Shown piece after piece: positions 39,763-49,669 of a stretch of DNA of 64,000 nucleotides. Position numbers and translations under genes: made by a program. The stretch comes from Pseudomonadota bacterium. GTDB taxonomy: Bacteria; Pseudomonadota; Alphaproteobacteria; MED-G09. The stretch's first letter is position 1. Each line of letters begins with the position of its first letter. The DNA is taken from assembly GCA_036344135.1 (NCBI GenBank), contig JAYYUG010000097.1, positions 8,034 through 72,033 on the forward strand. Direction: 5' to 3'. A model generated the notes under the pieces. That model did no database searches. It worked only from the letters and a program-made list of their open reading frames with translations, and had not been told where the DNA came from.

Positions 39763-41175
39763 ATGAGCGAGAGAATTAAAGAAAAAGAAGAAAATTTAGA
39801 ACCGGGAGAGGCCCGATCTCCATTTACAAGTTACACTGAATATTTAGAAGAAGACTCAAAAAAATTACCAGATTTTATGATGGACGAAAACTATGAGTTT
39901 CTTGGTTCTGAAGATATTTCAATGGAAAGATATACTTCCAAAGAATTCTTCAAAAAAGAAGCGGAATGCATGTGGACTAGAGTCTGGCAATTTGCTTGTA
40001 GAGTGGAAGATATTCCTGAGGTAGGTGATAGCCTAGTTTATGATATTCTTGATTACTCATTCCTAATAGTAAGATCTGAAGAAAATAAGATTCAAGCTTT
40101 TTACAACTCTTGCCTTCATAGAGGAAGAAAATTAAAAACAGAAAGAGGTATTAGTAAAGATATCGAATGCCCATTCCACGGATATTGTTGGAATCTTGAT
40201 GGTACATTGAAACACACACCTGCTGCATGGGATTTTCCTCATGTCAAAGCAGATAAGTGGAGCCTTCCAGAAGTAAGAGTTGAACTTTGGCAGGGTTTTG
40301 TTTTTATTAATATGGATGATAATGCGGTTTCTCTCGAAGAATATTTAGCCCCATTACCCGAACATCATGAAAGATGGAATTTAGCAGATTGTAAAAAAGT
40401 TATTCATGTTTCTAAAGTAGTCCCAGGAAATTGGAAAACGGTTCAAGAGGCTTTTATGGAAGCCTTTCATGCTACAAAAATTCATCCTGAGATACTTCCT
40501 TTCCAAGCTGATGAAAACGCAAGATATGATATTTATGGTGATCATATGAATAGAAACTTAGCTCTTGTTGGTAAGCCCGGACCCCATTGTTGGCCAGTTA
40601 CTGAACAAGAAATACTAGATACAATCTCTTATGGTTCTGGGAGGGTTTTTGATGAAAATAAGACTATAGTTCCAGAAGGAGAAGAAGCAAGAAAAGTAGC
40701 AGCAGAAGCTGCTAGAAAAGCTTATAATGAGGCTGATGGACATGATTACTCAGATAAATCCGACGCGGAAATGCTCGATGCTTTAGTCTATAATGTTTTT
40801 CCAAATTTTTCACCTTGGGGTGGATTTCCTAGAAATCTTATTTATAGGTTTAGACCAAATGGTACTAGAGAAGATTCAGCTATTATGGAAGCTTTCTTTC
40901 TTCAAAGGAATCATAAAGACCCTGAAAAACAAGAACCTTACGAACCTATTCCTATTCACTACCTTAGTGAAGATGAAAACTGGGATGACGCTGAAGAGTT
41001 AGTAGGTATCGGTTTCATATTTGATCAGGATATGTCAAATATACCGGAAGTTGAAAAAGGAATGAGAGCCTCAAAAAAAGGTGCAGTGACTTATGCAAAC
41101 TATCAAGAAAGCCGTATCCGTCATTACCATCAGACAATAGATAAATATATTTCTAAAGGACCTTTTAAACCTTAA
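39763..41175 (+). CDS. Rieske non-heme iron oxygenase, alpha subunit (paralog 3)
   Basis: CLHRGRKL...CPFHGYCWN; catalytic-iron motif EAFHATKIH. Confidence 0.9.
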   Translation: MSERIKEKEENLEPGEARSPFTSYTEYLEEDSKKLPDFMMDENYEFLGSEDISMERYTSKEFFKKEAECMWTRVWQFACRVEDIPEVGDSLVYDILDYSFLIVRSEENKIQAFYNSCLHRGRKLKTERGISKDIECPFHGYCWNLDGTLKHTPAAWDFPHVKADKWSLPEVRVELWQGFVFINMDDNAVSLEEYLAPLPEHHERWNLADCKKVIHVSKVVPGNWKTVQEAFMEAFHATKIHPEILPFQADENARYDIYGDHMNRNLALVGKPGPHCWPVTEQEILDTISYGSGRVFDENKTIVPEGEEARKVAAEAARKAYNEADGHDYSDKSDAEMLDALVYNVFPNFSPWGGFPRNLIYRFRPNGTREDSAIMEAFFLQRNHKDPEKQEPYEPIPIHYLSEDENWDDAEELVGIGFIFDQDMSNIPEVEKGMRASKKGAVTYANYQESRIRHYHQTIDKYISKGPFKP

Positions 41176-41190
41176 TTAAGAAAATAAGTT

Positions 41191-41955
41191 CTAATGATTC
41201 CACCAAGCTAAGTCAGAGAAAGATCTCATGTCTATTTCATGAGTCCAGCTTGATCTGTGTTGTTGTGATAAATGGTAATATGTTTCAGCAATCTTCTCAG
41301 GCAAGAGTAATCCGTCATGCTCCATACCTTTTGTTTCTCTTAATTGTTTATACATTTTAGGTCCTAACATTTTCCCTAAAGTATCTGGAGCATCGACTGC
41401 TCCATCAATAACAATATGGGCAACATGAATTCCCTTGGAAGAAAATTCTGCACTTAATGATTGGCATAACATTCTCCTGCCTCCCATAGCAGATGCATGA
41501 GAATGTTGGTTTTTGTTTCCTCTGACGGCTGCAGTAGCAGAAGTCACTAAAATGGTTCCTTTGCCTCTTTCTTCCATCATAGGGCATAAAACCTTTGCTG
41601 CTCTAAAAAGACCAAAACTCGCTATTCTCCAACCCCATTCAAATTCCTTATGAGTAGTTTCATTCAGAAGTTTCATGCCAGTTTGAGCGCCTAAATTGTA
41701 TACCAAAACTTCTATTGGGCCTATATCGGCCTCTATTGAGGTTATAATATTCTCAATTACATCATCTTCAATTGCGTTAACTAAATATCCTGTTGCCGTA
41801 CCGCCTTCACTCTCTATAGTTTCAACCAATCTATCCAAACCTTCTTGGTCCGTCCTTCGGCATAGACAAGAATGATATCCCTCTTTAGCAAATTTTATTG
41901 CAACGGTACCTCCAATGCCGGCACCTGCCCCAAGAACTAGACACACTGGTTTCAT
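41191..41955 (-). CDS. SDR-family oxidoreductase
   Basis: GAGAGIGG Rossmann motif; 254 aa. Confidence 0.8.
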   Translation of the reverse strand: MKPVCLVLGAGAGIGGTVAIKFAKEGYHSCLCRRTDQEGLDRLVETIESEGGTATGYLVNAIEDDVIENIITSIEADIGPIEVLVYNLGAQTGMKLLNETTHKEFEWGWRIASFGLFRAAKVLCPMMEERGKGTILVTSATAAVRGNKNQHSHASAMGGRRMLCQSLSAEFSSKGIHVAHIVIDGAVDAPDTLGKMLGPKMYKQLRETKGMEHDGLLLPEKIAETYYHLSQQHRSSWTHEIDMRSFSDLAWWNH

Positions 41956-42050
41956 ATTTTATTTACTCCTTCTAAATAGTTACATATTGTAAAAGTCTTT
42001 ACTAGCAAGAGTTTTAAAGTCATGCTTTTATTTGATAGATAGAGGTAATT

Positions 42051-43043
42051 ATGCAAAAGAGAAAATTCAAACCTTTTGGAGAGGTGAGCTCACTGACTTT
42101 AGGGGGTGGAGGGTTAGGTCAAGTTTGGGGGAAAACAACTCGGGAAGAAGCTATCCTAACTGTTCACATGGCTCTTGAAGCGGGAATTAACCACTACGAT
42201 GTTGCTCCTATGTATGGAAAAGGAGAAGCAGAAAGAGTTATAGGGCAAGCTTTTGAAGGTAAGAAGCTTGATGAAATATTTATTACTACAAAATGTTGGC
42301 TTGGTACTTTACCTGAAGAAGGTGTTTATGAACGTTTAAGTATATCTTTGAAAAGAAGCCTTGAGACTATGAATATTGAAAAGGTAAACCTTTTTCTTTT
42401 GCATTCTCAATTGATAGAAGATGATTATGAACTTTCCAAATTTAAAGAGATGAGGGATAGCAATACTACTTCATTAAGTTGTTATTTCAATGCTGTCATT
42501 CCTGCTTTCGAAAAATTAAAGCAAGAAGGAAGAATTGATCACTGGGGCATAGGAGGACTGGGTCAAAATGAAGCCTTATTGCAAGCTATAAATTTTGAAA
42601 CTCCACCTGAGGTAATTCAATGCGCAGTAAATCCTCTGAATTCAGCGGGAGCAATAAGTTTCATCGATGATAATTTCGATCCAAAAATAATCTTAACTGA
42701 AAGTCAAAACAAAAATATCCCTATCTTAGCTATTAGAGCTGTACAAGCAGGTGCTTTAACTACGAATATGGATAGGAATCCCGATCCCTCAGGATTTGAT
42801 AAAAAGGACTTCGATGACTATGAGCGTGCTGCCTCGTTTAGAAATTTAGCAAAAGAAATGGGGCAGTCCCCTGCCAGTTTAGCGCATAGATACACATTAA
42901 GCATTCCCAAAGTAAGTTCTGTTATCCTAGGAGTTAAAAATAGATCTGAATTGGATGAATGTATAAACGCTGAAAGAAAAGGCAAGCTAACATCGGAAGA
43001 GATTGAGACCATAGAGAATCTTTTCCAGGATAAAAAAAGTTAA
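42051..43043 (+). CDS. Aldo/keto reductase
   Basis: AKR (alpha/beta)8 barrel pattern (GINHYDVAPMYG, catalytic tetrad region). Confidence 0.85.
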   Translation: MQKRKFKPFGEVSSLTLGGGGLGQVWGKTTREEAILTVHMALEAGINHYDVAPMYGKGEAERVIGQAFEGKKLDEIFITTKCWLGTLPEEGVYERLSISLKRSLETMNIEKVNLFLLHSQLIEDDYELSKFKEMRDSNTTSLSCYFNAVIPAFEKLKQEGRIDHWGIGGLGQNEALLQAINFETPPEVIQCAVNPLNSAGAISFIDDNFDPKIILTESQNKNIPILAIRAVQAGALTTNMDRNPDPSGFDKKDFDDYERAASFRNLAKEMGQSPASLAHRYTLSIPKVSSVILGVKNRSELDECINAERKGKLTSEEIETIENLFQDKKS

Positions 43044-43052
43044 ATAATTTAT

Positions 43053-44027
43053 ATGAAAGTTTTTTCATTTTTTTTCATAATTTTAACATTTAATGTCTCC
43101 ATTTTTGCCGAGGAAGGATTCACAAATTCTGATGGAAAATCAAACAATAAGTCCCTTAGCGAAATAATCAGATGGAGTTCTGAAAGAAACAGACCCGATC
43201 CTGAATATCTTGAAGTTTTCAATATTAACAATCCCTATATTTTTAAAACTGATAAGCCTTATGCATTCTGGATAGGGCACGCCAGTTTCCTAGTTTTTAA
43301 TGGAGATATAACAATATTATTTGATCCCATCTTCTCAGATAGAGCCTCTCCATTTAAATTGTTTGGACCAAAGAGGTTAATCAAGCCAGCTATTGAAATT
43401 TCGAATTTACCTAATATTGATTTGGTGGTGATTAGTCACAATCATTATGATCATTTAGATATTCAAAGTTTGAAAGATCTTCAAAATAGATTCCCTGATA
43501 TTGCAATTCTTATACCAAAGGGAGATGGTAAACTACTGAAAAAATATAATATAAAAAAAGCTAAAGAGTTTCTTTGGTGGGATAATTATAAAATAAAAGA
43601 CAGCACTATTACCTTTACGCCTTCACAGCATTGGTCAGCAAGAGGGCTGACTGATAGAAACAAGAGCTTATGGGGTAGTTGGTATGTAAGTTATATGGGA
43701 AAGAACATTTTTCATGCCGGGGATACGGGTTATTCTAGCGACTTTAAAGAAATTAGGAAAAGGCTAGGAAAAGTAGATTTTGCAATGATACCCATCGGAG
43801 CATATTCACCAAATTGGTTTATGAATTATTCTCATGTAACTCCTGAACAGGCCGTAGAAATAGCAATTGATTTAAATGCTAAAGAAAGTGTCGCTATGCA
43901 CTGGGGTACATTCATCTTATCAGACGAACCCGTACTAGAGCCCCAAGAAAGGCTTAAGATAGCAGCAAAGAACAAAGAAATAAATTTCTATACAACTTCT
44001 CCAGGAACTTTATTAAGAATAAATTGA
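43053..44027 (+). CDS. MBL-fold metallo-hydrolase (NAPE-PLD-like), secreted
   Basis: Signal peptide; VISHNHYDHLD (HxHxDH) motif. Confidence 0.8.
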   Translation: MKVFSFFFIILTFNVSIFAEEGFTNSDGKSNNKSLSEIIRWSSERNRPDPEYLEVFNINNPYIFKTDKPYAFWIGHASFLVFNGDITILFDPIFSDRASPFKLFGPKRLIKPAIEISNLPNIDLVVISHNHYDHLDIQSLKDLQNRFPDIAILIPKGDGKLLKKYNIKKAKEFLWWDNYKIKDSTITFTPSQHWSARGLTDRNKSLWGSWYVSYMGKNIFHAGDTGYSSDFKEIRKRLGKVDFAMIPIGAYSPNWFMNYSHVTPEQAVEIAIDLNAKESVAMHWGTFILSDEPVLEPQERLKIAAKNKEINFYTTSPGTLLRIN

Positions 44028-45341
44028 TTAGCAATCAGTAATTGATATTTTTTCTTTATTGCTAACAAGACGGATGTCATTATGAGAGACGAGAGTATTT
44101 AATTCTTTTTCGTCTATTTCAAGCAGCAATTTTATAATACCTACCTCATTTGTTGTCTCTTCTACAACCTTGTCTAATGAATAAAGTTTAGACCTAATTT
44201 TTCCTTGATTAGGCTCTAACTCTATCCATTGTCTCATAATATTTTTTTGTCTATGGAAGTGGATTGAACTTACAAGTTCATTTATTCCTTGATTTCTTAA
44301 AGCTGATATCCAAACTTCATAACTAGACTTCTTCACTAAATTACTATTTAAATTTGGCTCAATCTTATCGCATTTATTGTAAACTTTGATTTGAGGTATG
44401 CTAGATAAACCCAACTCTTCGAGAATTTTTAAGACTTGTTCAGATTTAAAAAGAAAGTCGGTATCAGAGATATCTATAACATGGATTAATACATCTGCTG
44501 CTTTCAATTCATCTAATGTGGCTTTGAATGATTCAATTAGTTGTGTAGGTAAATCTGAGATAAACCCCACGGTATCAGAGAAAAGAATATCTTCTAGACC
44601 TAAAATGGAATTTTTCCTGGTAATTGAATCTAGGGTGGCAAAAAGCTTATCATCAGCATATAGCTGACTTTGAGTTAATAAATTAAAGAGGGTAGTCTTT
44701 CCTGCATTGGTATAACCAATTAGAGCTACTAAGGTTTGACTGCTTTTCTTTCTTGAATATCGGTTAACCTTCCTTTGTTTGTGAGTTTTATCTAGTCTTT
44801 TCTTTATACTCTTAATCCTATGATTTAGGAGTCTCCTGTCGGTCTCTAATTGAGTTTCCCCTGGACCCCTTAAGCCTATCCCACCTTTTTGCCTTTCCAA
44901 ATGACTCCATCCTCTAACAAGTCGAGTTGAAAGATGGGATAATTGAGCTAGCTCAACTTGCAATTTTCCGACATGGCTAGAGGCTCGAACAGAAAATATA
45001 TCTAAGATTAATCCAGTTCTATCTAAAACTCTCTTCTGGAAGATATTTTCTAAGTTCCTTTCCTGAGAGGGAGATAAGTCGTGATTAAAAATTACCAGGT
45101 CTGAGTGTGTTTCTTCTGCAAGAATCTTAATTCTTTCCACCCTTCCTTTACTTATAAATAATCCTGAAATTGGTTTAGTTTGCTTAAAAATCTTTTCGTA
45201 AGATATTTTGGCGCCCGAGGAAAGAACCAACCCTTTAAATTCTGCAAAAGCATCCAAAGAAGAAAATTCTTCTCTTTTTTTGGGAAAATCAACCTGTATA
45301 ATTATAGCTCTTTGATCAAAAGATTCTTTTATTTCTAACAT
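44028..45341 (-). CDS. hflX: GTPase HflX
   Basis: HflX N-domain, G1 GYTNAGKTTLFN, G3 DTVGF, G4 NKCD; 437 aa. Confidence 0.9.
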   Translation of the reverse strand: MLEIKESFDQRAIIIQVDFPKKREEFSSLDAFAEFKGLVLSSGAKISYEKIFKQTKPISGLFISKGRVERIKILAEETHSDLVIFNHDLSPSQERNLENIFQKRVLDRTGLILDIFSVRASSHVGKLQVELAQLSHLSTRLVRGWSHLERQKGGIGLRGPGETQLETDRRLLNHRIKSIKKRLDKTHKQRKVNRYSRKKSSQTLVALIGYTNAGKTTLFNLLTQSQLYADDKLFATLDSITRKNSILGLEDILFSDTVGFISDLPTQLIESFKATLDELKAADVLIHVIDISDTDFLFKSEQVLKILEELGLSSIPQIKVYNKCDKIEPNLNSNLVKKSSYEVWISALRNQGINELVSSIHFHRQKNIMRQWIELEPNQGKIRSKLYSLDKVVEETTNEVGIIKLLLEIDEKELNTLVSHNDIRLVSNKEKISITDC

Positions 45342-45399
45342 ATCTTTTGTCTCAAAATATTATCTTTCTAGAGGTTTTGATATCACAGACTGCTTTCAT

Positions 45400-46341
45400 T
45401 TATTCCCAAACAATAACCATTCTTCCTCTTGTTCCACCTGCATCAAGACTCTTATGTGCTTCAGAGGCATTTTCCGGTGTTACAGTATCAGCAACTCTTA
45501 ATGTAATTAAACCGTCTTCAACTTGTTGGCGAATTTTATCTAGCCTTTCAAAATCACAATCGTAAACTCTAACCCATGTCGTTGAAAATTTGATATCTCT
45601 TTGTGGATCCCCTTTAAATCCCCTTATAGAGGTAAAAGATCCACCATCTTTTACGGCCCCAATAGCTAACTCATTTAGCAAAGCTCCATCAGCTAATCCA
45701 TCTACTCCATCAGGATAGATTCCTCTAATTTTTTCAGAAAAATTATCTCCTCTTGGAATAATGTGATCAACTCCAAGATCATTTAGTAACTTTTTATCGC
45801 TTTCGTTTGAATCAACTATTACAATTAGACCATCTGCCTTGGCAAGCTGTATTGCATAACCTCCATAAGCCCCAGGCCCACCAGTGACAGCTAATACTTG
45901 TCCTGATTTTAAGTTTAATAAATCTAGAGATAAGCGGGCAGTCAAACTATTCATAGGAAGTGTACAGGATTCAATATGTGAGGCATTTATAGGAGATCTT
46001 ACAACGGCATATTGATCAAGTATTATTTGCTCTCGATAAGCACCATAATCTCCTTTTGGGATTACCATACCCATAACCCGATCACCAACTTTTATATCAG
46101 TTTTTATTCCATCACCAACTTGATCAACGATACCAGCAATATCCATCCCTGGCACACAAGGCAGGGAAAAATCTTTTTGGAATTGTGCAATTAATCCACT
46201 TCTTGAAACAATATCTGTAGGATTTACTGCTGATGCATAATTTCGAATTCGTACCTCACCTGAGCCAGGATAAACTTCTGGAACTTCCATAATCTCGAGA
46301 ACCTCAGGCCCTCCAAAATTTTTAAATCCTACCGCTTTCAT
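45400..46341 (-). CDS. MDR-family NADPH:quinone oxidoreductase
   Basis: GroES-like N-domain, Rossmann GGPGAYGGYAIQLAK. Confidence 0.85.
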   Translation of the reverse strand: MKAVGFKNFGGPEVLEIMEVPEVYPGSGEVRIRNYASAVNPTDIVSRSGLIAQFQKDFSLPCVPGMDIAGIVDQVGDGIKTDIKVGDRVMGMVIPKGDYGAYREQIILDQYAVVRSPINASHIESCTLPMNSLTARLSLDLLNLKSGQVLAVTGGPGAYGGYAIQLAKADGLIVIVDSNESDKKLLNDLGVDHIIPRGDNFSEKIRGIYPDGVDGLADGALLNELAIGAVKDGGSFTSIRGFKGDPQRDIKFSTTWVRVYDCDFERLDKIRQQVEDGLITLRVADTVTPENASEAHKSLDAGGTRGRMVIVWE

Positions 46342-46406
46342 TTTTACCTCTCTCTTTTACTGGATAATATTAAAATCTATCATTTTTTGTTGCCCTCACT
46401 CAATAG

Positions 46407-46778
46407 TTAGTCTACAAGACTTCCTTCAAACGCTTTGACTTCCTGAGGAAAAGAGCCTGAAAATTTATAAAAATTAAATAATCTCTCTCCTTTAGCATTT
46501 TTTATAGATATAAGTCCTTCACCACCTTTATCTCCTTTATCAGTACTCACTTCAACTTTACAAATATCATTCCAGTTAACATGGATATGGGTGTCGTCGT
46601 CAATATCTAGTCTATCTTCATCAGTCATCTCATTAATAAAAAATTTTCCACTCATATCAGCACTATAGCTTCCTAACTTTTCACTTTGGAATAATAATTC
46701 TCCGCACTCAAACAATGTCTCAAAAAACGCTCTTTGTTTATTACTGATTATTTTGTTCATTTTTCTATACCTAGTCAA
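46407..46778 (-). CDS. Hypothetical protein
   Basis: 123-aa ORF without recognizable motifs. Confidence 0.35.
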   Translation of the reverse strand: MTRYRKMNKIISNKQRAFFETLFECGELLFQSEKLGSYSADMSGKFFINEMTDEDRLDIDDDTHIHVNWNDICKVEVSTDKGDKGGEGLISIKNAKGERLFNFYKFSGSFPQEVKAFEGSLVD

Positions 46779-46838
46779 ATAAATCCCTAAACCAGGGAAT
46801 AATTGGAAATAATATCTCAGTAAACTAAGGTATTACAG

Positions 46839-46891
46839 CTAATTCTATTATTGTGCCATCTGGATCATAAAAGGCCACTATACCACTGGAA
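46839..46891. repeat. 53-bp perfect direct repeat, copy A (intergenic; encodes an orphan VOC C-terminal fragment ..SSGIVAFYDPDGTIIEL.. on minus strand)
   Basis: CTAATTCTATTATTGTGCCATCTGGATCATAAAAGGCCACTATACCACTGGAA identical to 48152..48204; flanks show decaying similarity. Confidence 0.85.
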
Positions 46892-46950
46892 TAATTTGAT
46901 GCATGATGATTATAAGAAATATTGGCCAAATTAATTAGATAGGAGAAATT

Positions 46951-48054
46951 ATGAGTGAATTGCAGACCTTAAAAAGAGATTTAACTAAGACCCGTATTGT
47001 TGATGGAGGCAGTGATCGAGTTAATTTAGATGAGGGAGAGATTGCAGTAAAAATTGAGCGCTTTGCCTTTACTGCAAACAATATAACTTATGGCGTTGCC
47101 GGCGATACGATGGGATATTGGCAATTTTTTCCATCATCAGATGATCCAACAGAGGAATGGGGGTGTATCCCTATGTGGGGGTTTGCTGAAATCAGTCATT
47201 CAAATAGTGAAAATTTAGAGGTTGGAGAAAAGATTTTTGGGTATTTTCCCCCAGCTAGTTTGTTAACCCTAAAACCAACAAAAGTTACTAATCAAAGTTT
47301 TAGTGATGGTAGGAATCATCGTAGGGAGCTTCCCCCAGTTTATAACAACTATGTGAGGCTTTCTGGTGAAGAAAATTATGACAACAAGATGGATAATATT
47401 AGGGCCCTTTTGTTCCCGCTTCACATAACATCATTTTGTTTATGCGACACTCTTCAAAATGAGTCGTATTTGGGGGCATCCCAAGTAATTATTATTAGCG
47501 CTTCAAGCAAAACAGCAATTGGTCTAGCTCAAGGTCTAGCAGATGAAGATCAAGCACCAAAAATTATTGGTCTTACCTCTTCAAATAATATTAATTTTGT
47601 TGAGAGCTTAGGTTGTTACGATGAGGTAATATCATATGATCAACTTGATATAGTTAATTCTAATAACCCAAGCGTAATGGTTGATATGGCCGGTAACAGA
47701 GAAATCTTGGGAACTCTTCATGAGTTTTTGGGAGATAATATGCTGAAGTGTTTTACCGTGGGAATGACCCACTGGGATAATAAAACGACAGCAGAAGATG
47801 CTCTAGGTCAATTGATGATTCGAGATCGGACTGAATTCTTTTTTGCTCCATCTCATATCCAAAAAAGAATTAGTGACTGGGGCTCAGAAAGCTATAACAA
47901 AAAAACCGCATCTTTTATGGCTTCTCGGGCAACTCAAAGTCAGGATTGGATGCAGGTAAAAGAAATCTCTGGCCTAGAGGATTTTTTAGGCACTTACAAT
48001 GAAGTTGTTGCGGGAAATATCAATCCTAATGAGGGAATAATTGTTGTTCTTTGA
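46951..48054 (+). CDS. Hypothetical protein with MDR/Rossmann-like features (possibly DUF2855-type)
   Basis: 367 aa; degenerate nucleotide-binding stretch IIISASSKTAIGLAQGLA; lies between the two 53-bp repeats. Confidence 0.45.
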   Translation: MSELQTLKRDLTKTRIVDGGSDRVNLDEGEIAVKIERFAFTANNITYGVAGDTMGYWQFFPSSDDPTEEWGCIPMWGFAEISHSNSENLEVGEKIFGYFPPASLLTLKPTKVTNQSFSDGRNHRRELPPVYNNYVRLSGEENYDNKMDNIRALLFPLHITSFCLCDTLQNESYLGASQVIIISASSKTAIGLAQGLADEDQAPKIIGLTSSNNINFVESLGCYDEVISYDQLDIVNSNNPSVMVDMAGNREILGTLHEFLGDNMLKCFTVGMTHWDNKTTAEDALGQLMIRDRTEFFFAPSHIQKRISDWGSESYNKKTASFMASRATQSQDWMQVKEISGLEDFLGTYNEVVAGNINPNEGIIVVL

Positions 48055-48083
48055 TCAATGAAAGTCTCCTATATGCACAATAT

Positions 48084-49463
48084 TCAATCAAATAAGTCTT
48101 TGAACCAGATGATAACTGGGAATAATATTCTTGCATAGAAAGGCATTTCAACTAATTCTATTATTGTGCCATCTGGATCATAAAAGGCCACTATACCACT
48201 GGAAGAATTTGGTCCATCACAACAAGGTGTTATATCTGAAATGAATTCAACACCTTGGGTTTTAAGAATTTCCACATCCTCTTCTAAATTACTAGTTGCT
48301 AAAGCGATCCTATGAATACCTAGATGATTAATAGGTATAGGATATGGTTTGTCTAAATCAAAAGGTCTTATCCACTGAACCAACTCCAATTTTGATTTGT
48401 CTTCATTGTGACTAAATAAACCTCCCTTTAATTCAATTTCTTTTTCAAACCCTAAAGCTTTAGAGACCTCAAGAGAATATTTATTAGGCTTTTCATGCAA
48501 TAGCTCGTAACCAAACATTTTATACCAAGATCTAGACCTTTCAAAATCACTCACATTAATTGTAACTTCTCCGAGGCTTTCAATGAAAGTAGTTTTAGTT
48601 TCTTGAAGTTTTCCTGATTTTTCTACTAACTTATAAAAAGTACCATCTGGATCTTTAAAAAAAACAAACTTTATACCTGTGGGATCAGTTACTGGGGTTG
48701 AAATAAAACTAATTCCATTTTCTCTCATATACTCATAGTCATGATCTAATTTACTCGTATACATAGTAGCACTAACCATACCAAGATGATTCAATCGCCT
48801 GTATGGAACATCTGCATTTCGAGGTATTTTAAATTCGATCAAATCTATAACACCGCCTTTAAAATTATTAATCCCTAGAAGTTCCCCGTAAAGAAGATAA
48901 CCCCCTGCTTCACCCCCTTGAGAACCATCGTAAGAGGTTGGATTCTTAATGCCCATAGCTCTTGCCATATCAAGAGTATTTGTTTCAGGAAAACCACTTA
49001 ATGATTCAAAACCTAAGATGCTATAAAAAGCCTTTGAAATATCAAAATCCTTAACATTTGTATTAAAATGAACACGAGATATTACATTCAAATTTATATC
49101 CGCTTTTTGCTTAATTCTTATAGAAATTTTTCCATCAGCAAGATTTTCAAAGTAAGTAGCTAAATCATTATTTTTAGAAAGCTTAATATCTTCTTTAAAA
49201 CATTTTTTTGATAAGTTTGTAACGTTTTGAAAAACTTGAATACCATTTAATTCTATTATCAGTTTTGTTTTTGAATCTGGAATACAAATATATAAATGAG
49301 CAGGACCACTTACTCCAAAGAAACTTACCTTATTCTGCTTATCATCATTAGGAAGGTGATGGGATAGATATCTAGTAAAATCTATCTCAACAGCATAAGA
49401 AATTTCAGAATATGAAATTAGATAAAAAACTACAAAAAAAATTTTAATAAGTTTTAGTATCAT
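48084..49463 (-). CDS. Secreted protein with N-terminal unknown domain and two tandem VOC/glyoxalase domains
   Basis: Signal peptide; two VOC modules (HLGMVSAT...FKDPDGTFYKLVE and HLGIHRIALAT...FYDPDGTIIELVE); its 3' end carries repeat copy B. Confidence 0.7.
   Translation of the reverse strand: MILKLIKIFFVVFYLISYSEISYAVEIDFTRYLSHHLPNDDKQNKVSFFGVSGPAHLYICIPDSKTKLIIELNGIQVFQNVTNLSKKCFKEDIKLSKNNDLATYFENLADGKISIRIKQKADINLNVISRVHFNTNVKDFDISKAFYSILGFESLSGFPETNTLDMARAMGIKNPTSYDGSQGGEAGGYLLYGELLGINNFKGGVIDLIEFKIPRNADVPYRRLNHLGMVSATMYTSKLDHDYEYMRENGISFISTPVTDPTGIKFVFFKDPDGTFYKLVEKSGKLQETKTTFIESLGEVTINVSDFERSRSWYKMFGYELLHEKPNKYSLEVSKALGFEKEIELKGGLFSHNEDKSKLELVQWIRPFDLDKPYPIPINHLGIHRIALATSNLEEDVEILKTQGVEFISDITPCCDGPNSSSGIVAFYDPDGTIIELVEMPFYARILFPVIIWFKDLFD
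48152..48204. repeat. 53-bp perfect direct repeat, copy B (within 3' coding end of the tandem-VOC gene)
   Basis: Identical to 46839..46891. Confidence 0.85.
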
Positions 49464-49669
49464 AATGATTCATTTTGATAACTTGTACTAGAGCAATCCA
49501 TCACCTATCTACATGAGTAAGAAAATTGGTGCTTTGATTTTTCTAATAAGTCTTTGCATTGCGATAAATTAATATTGACAAATGACAAAGAATTAAATGC
49601 CAAAAAAATGCACTGAAATGTATTGGAAAAATACATAAGATTCAATCTTAAAGGTAATTTATCGGCTTA

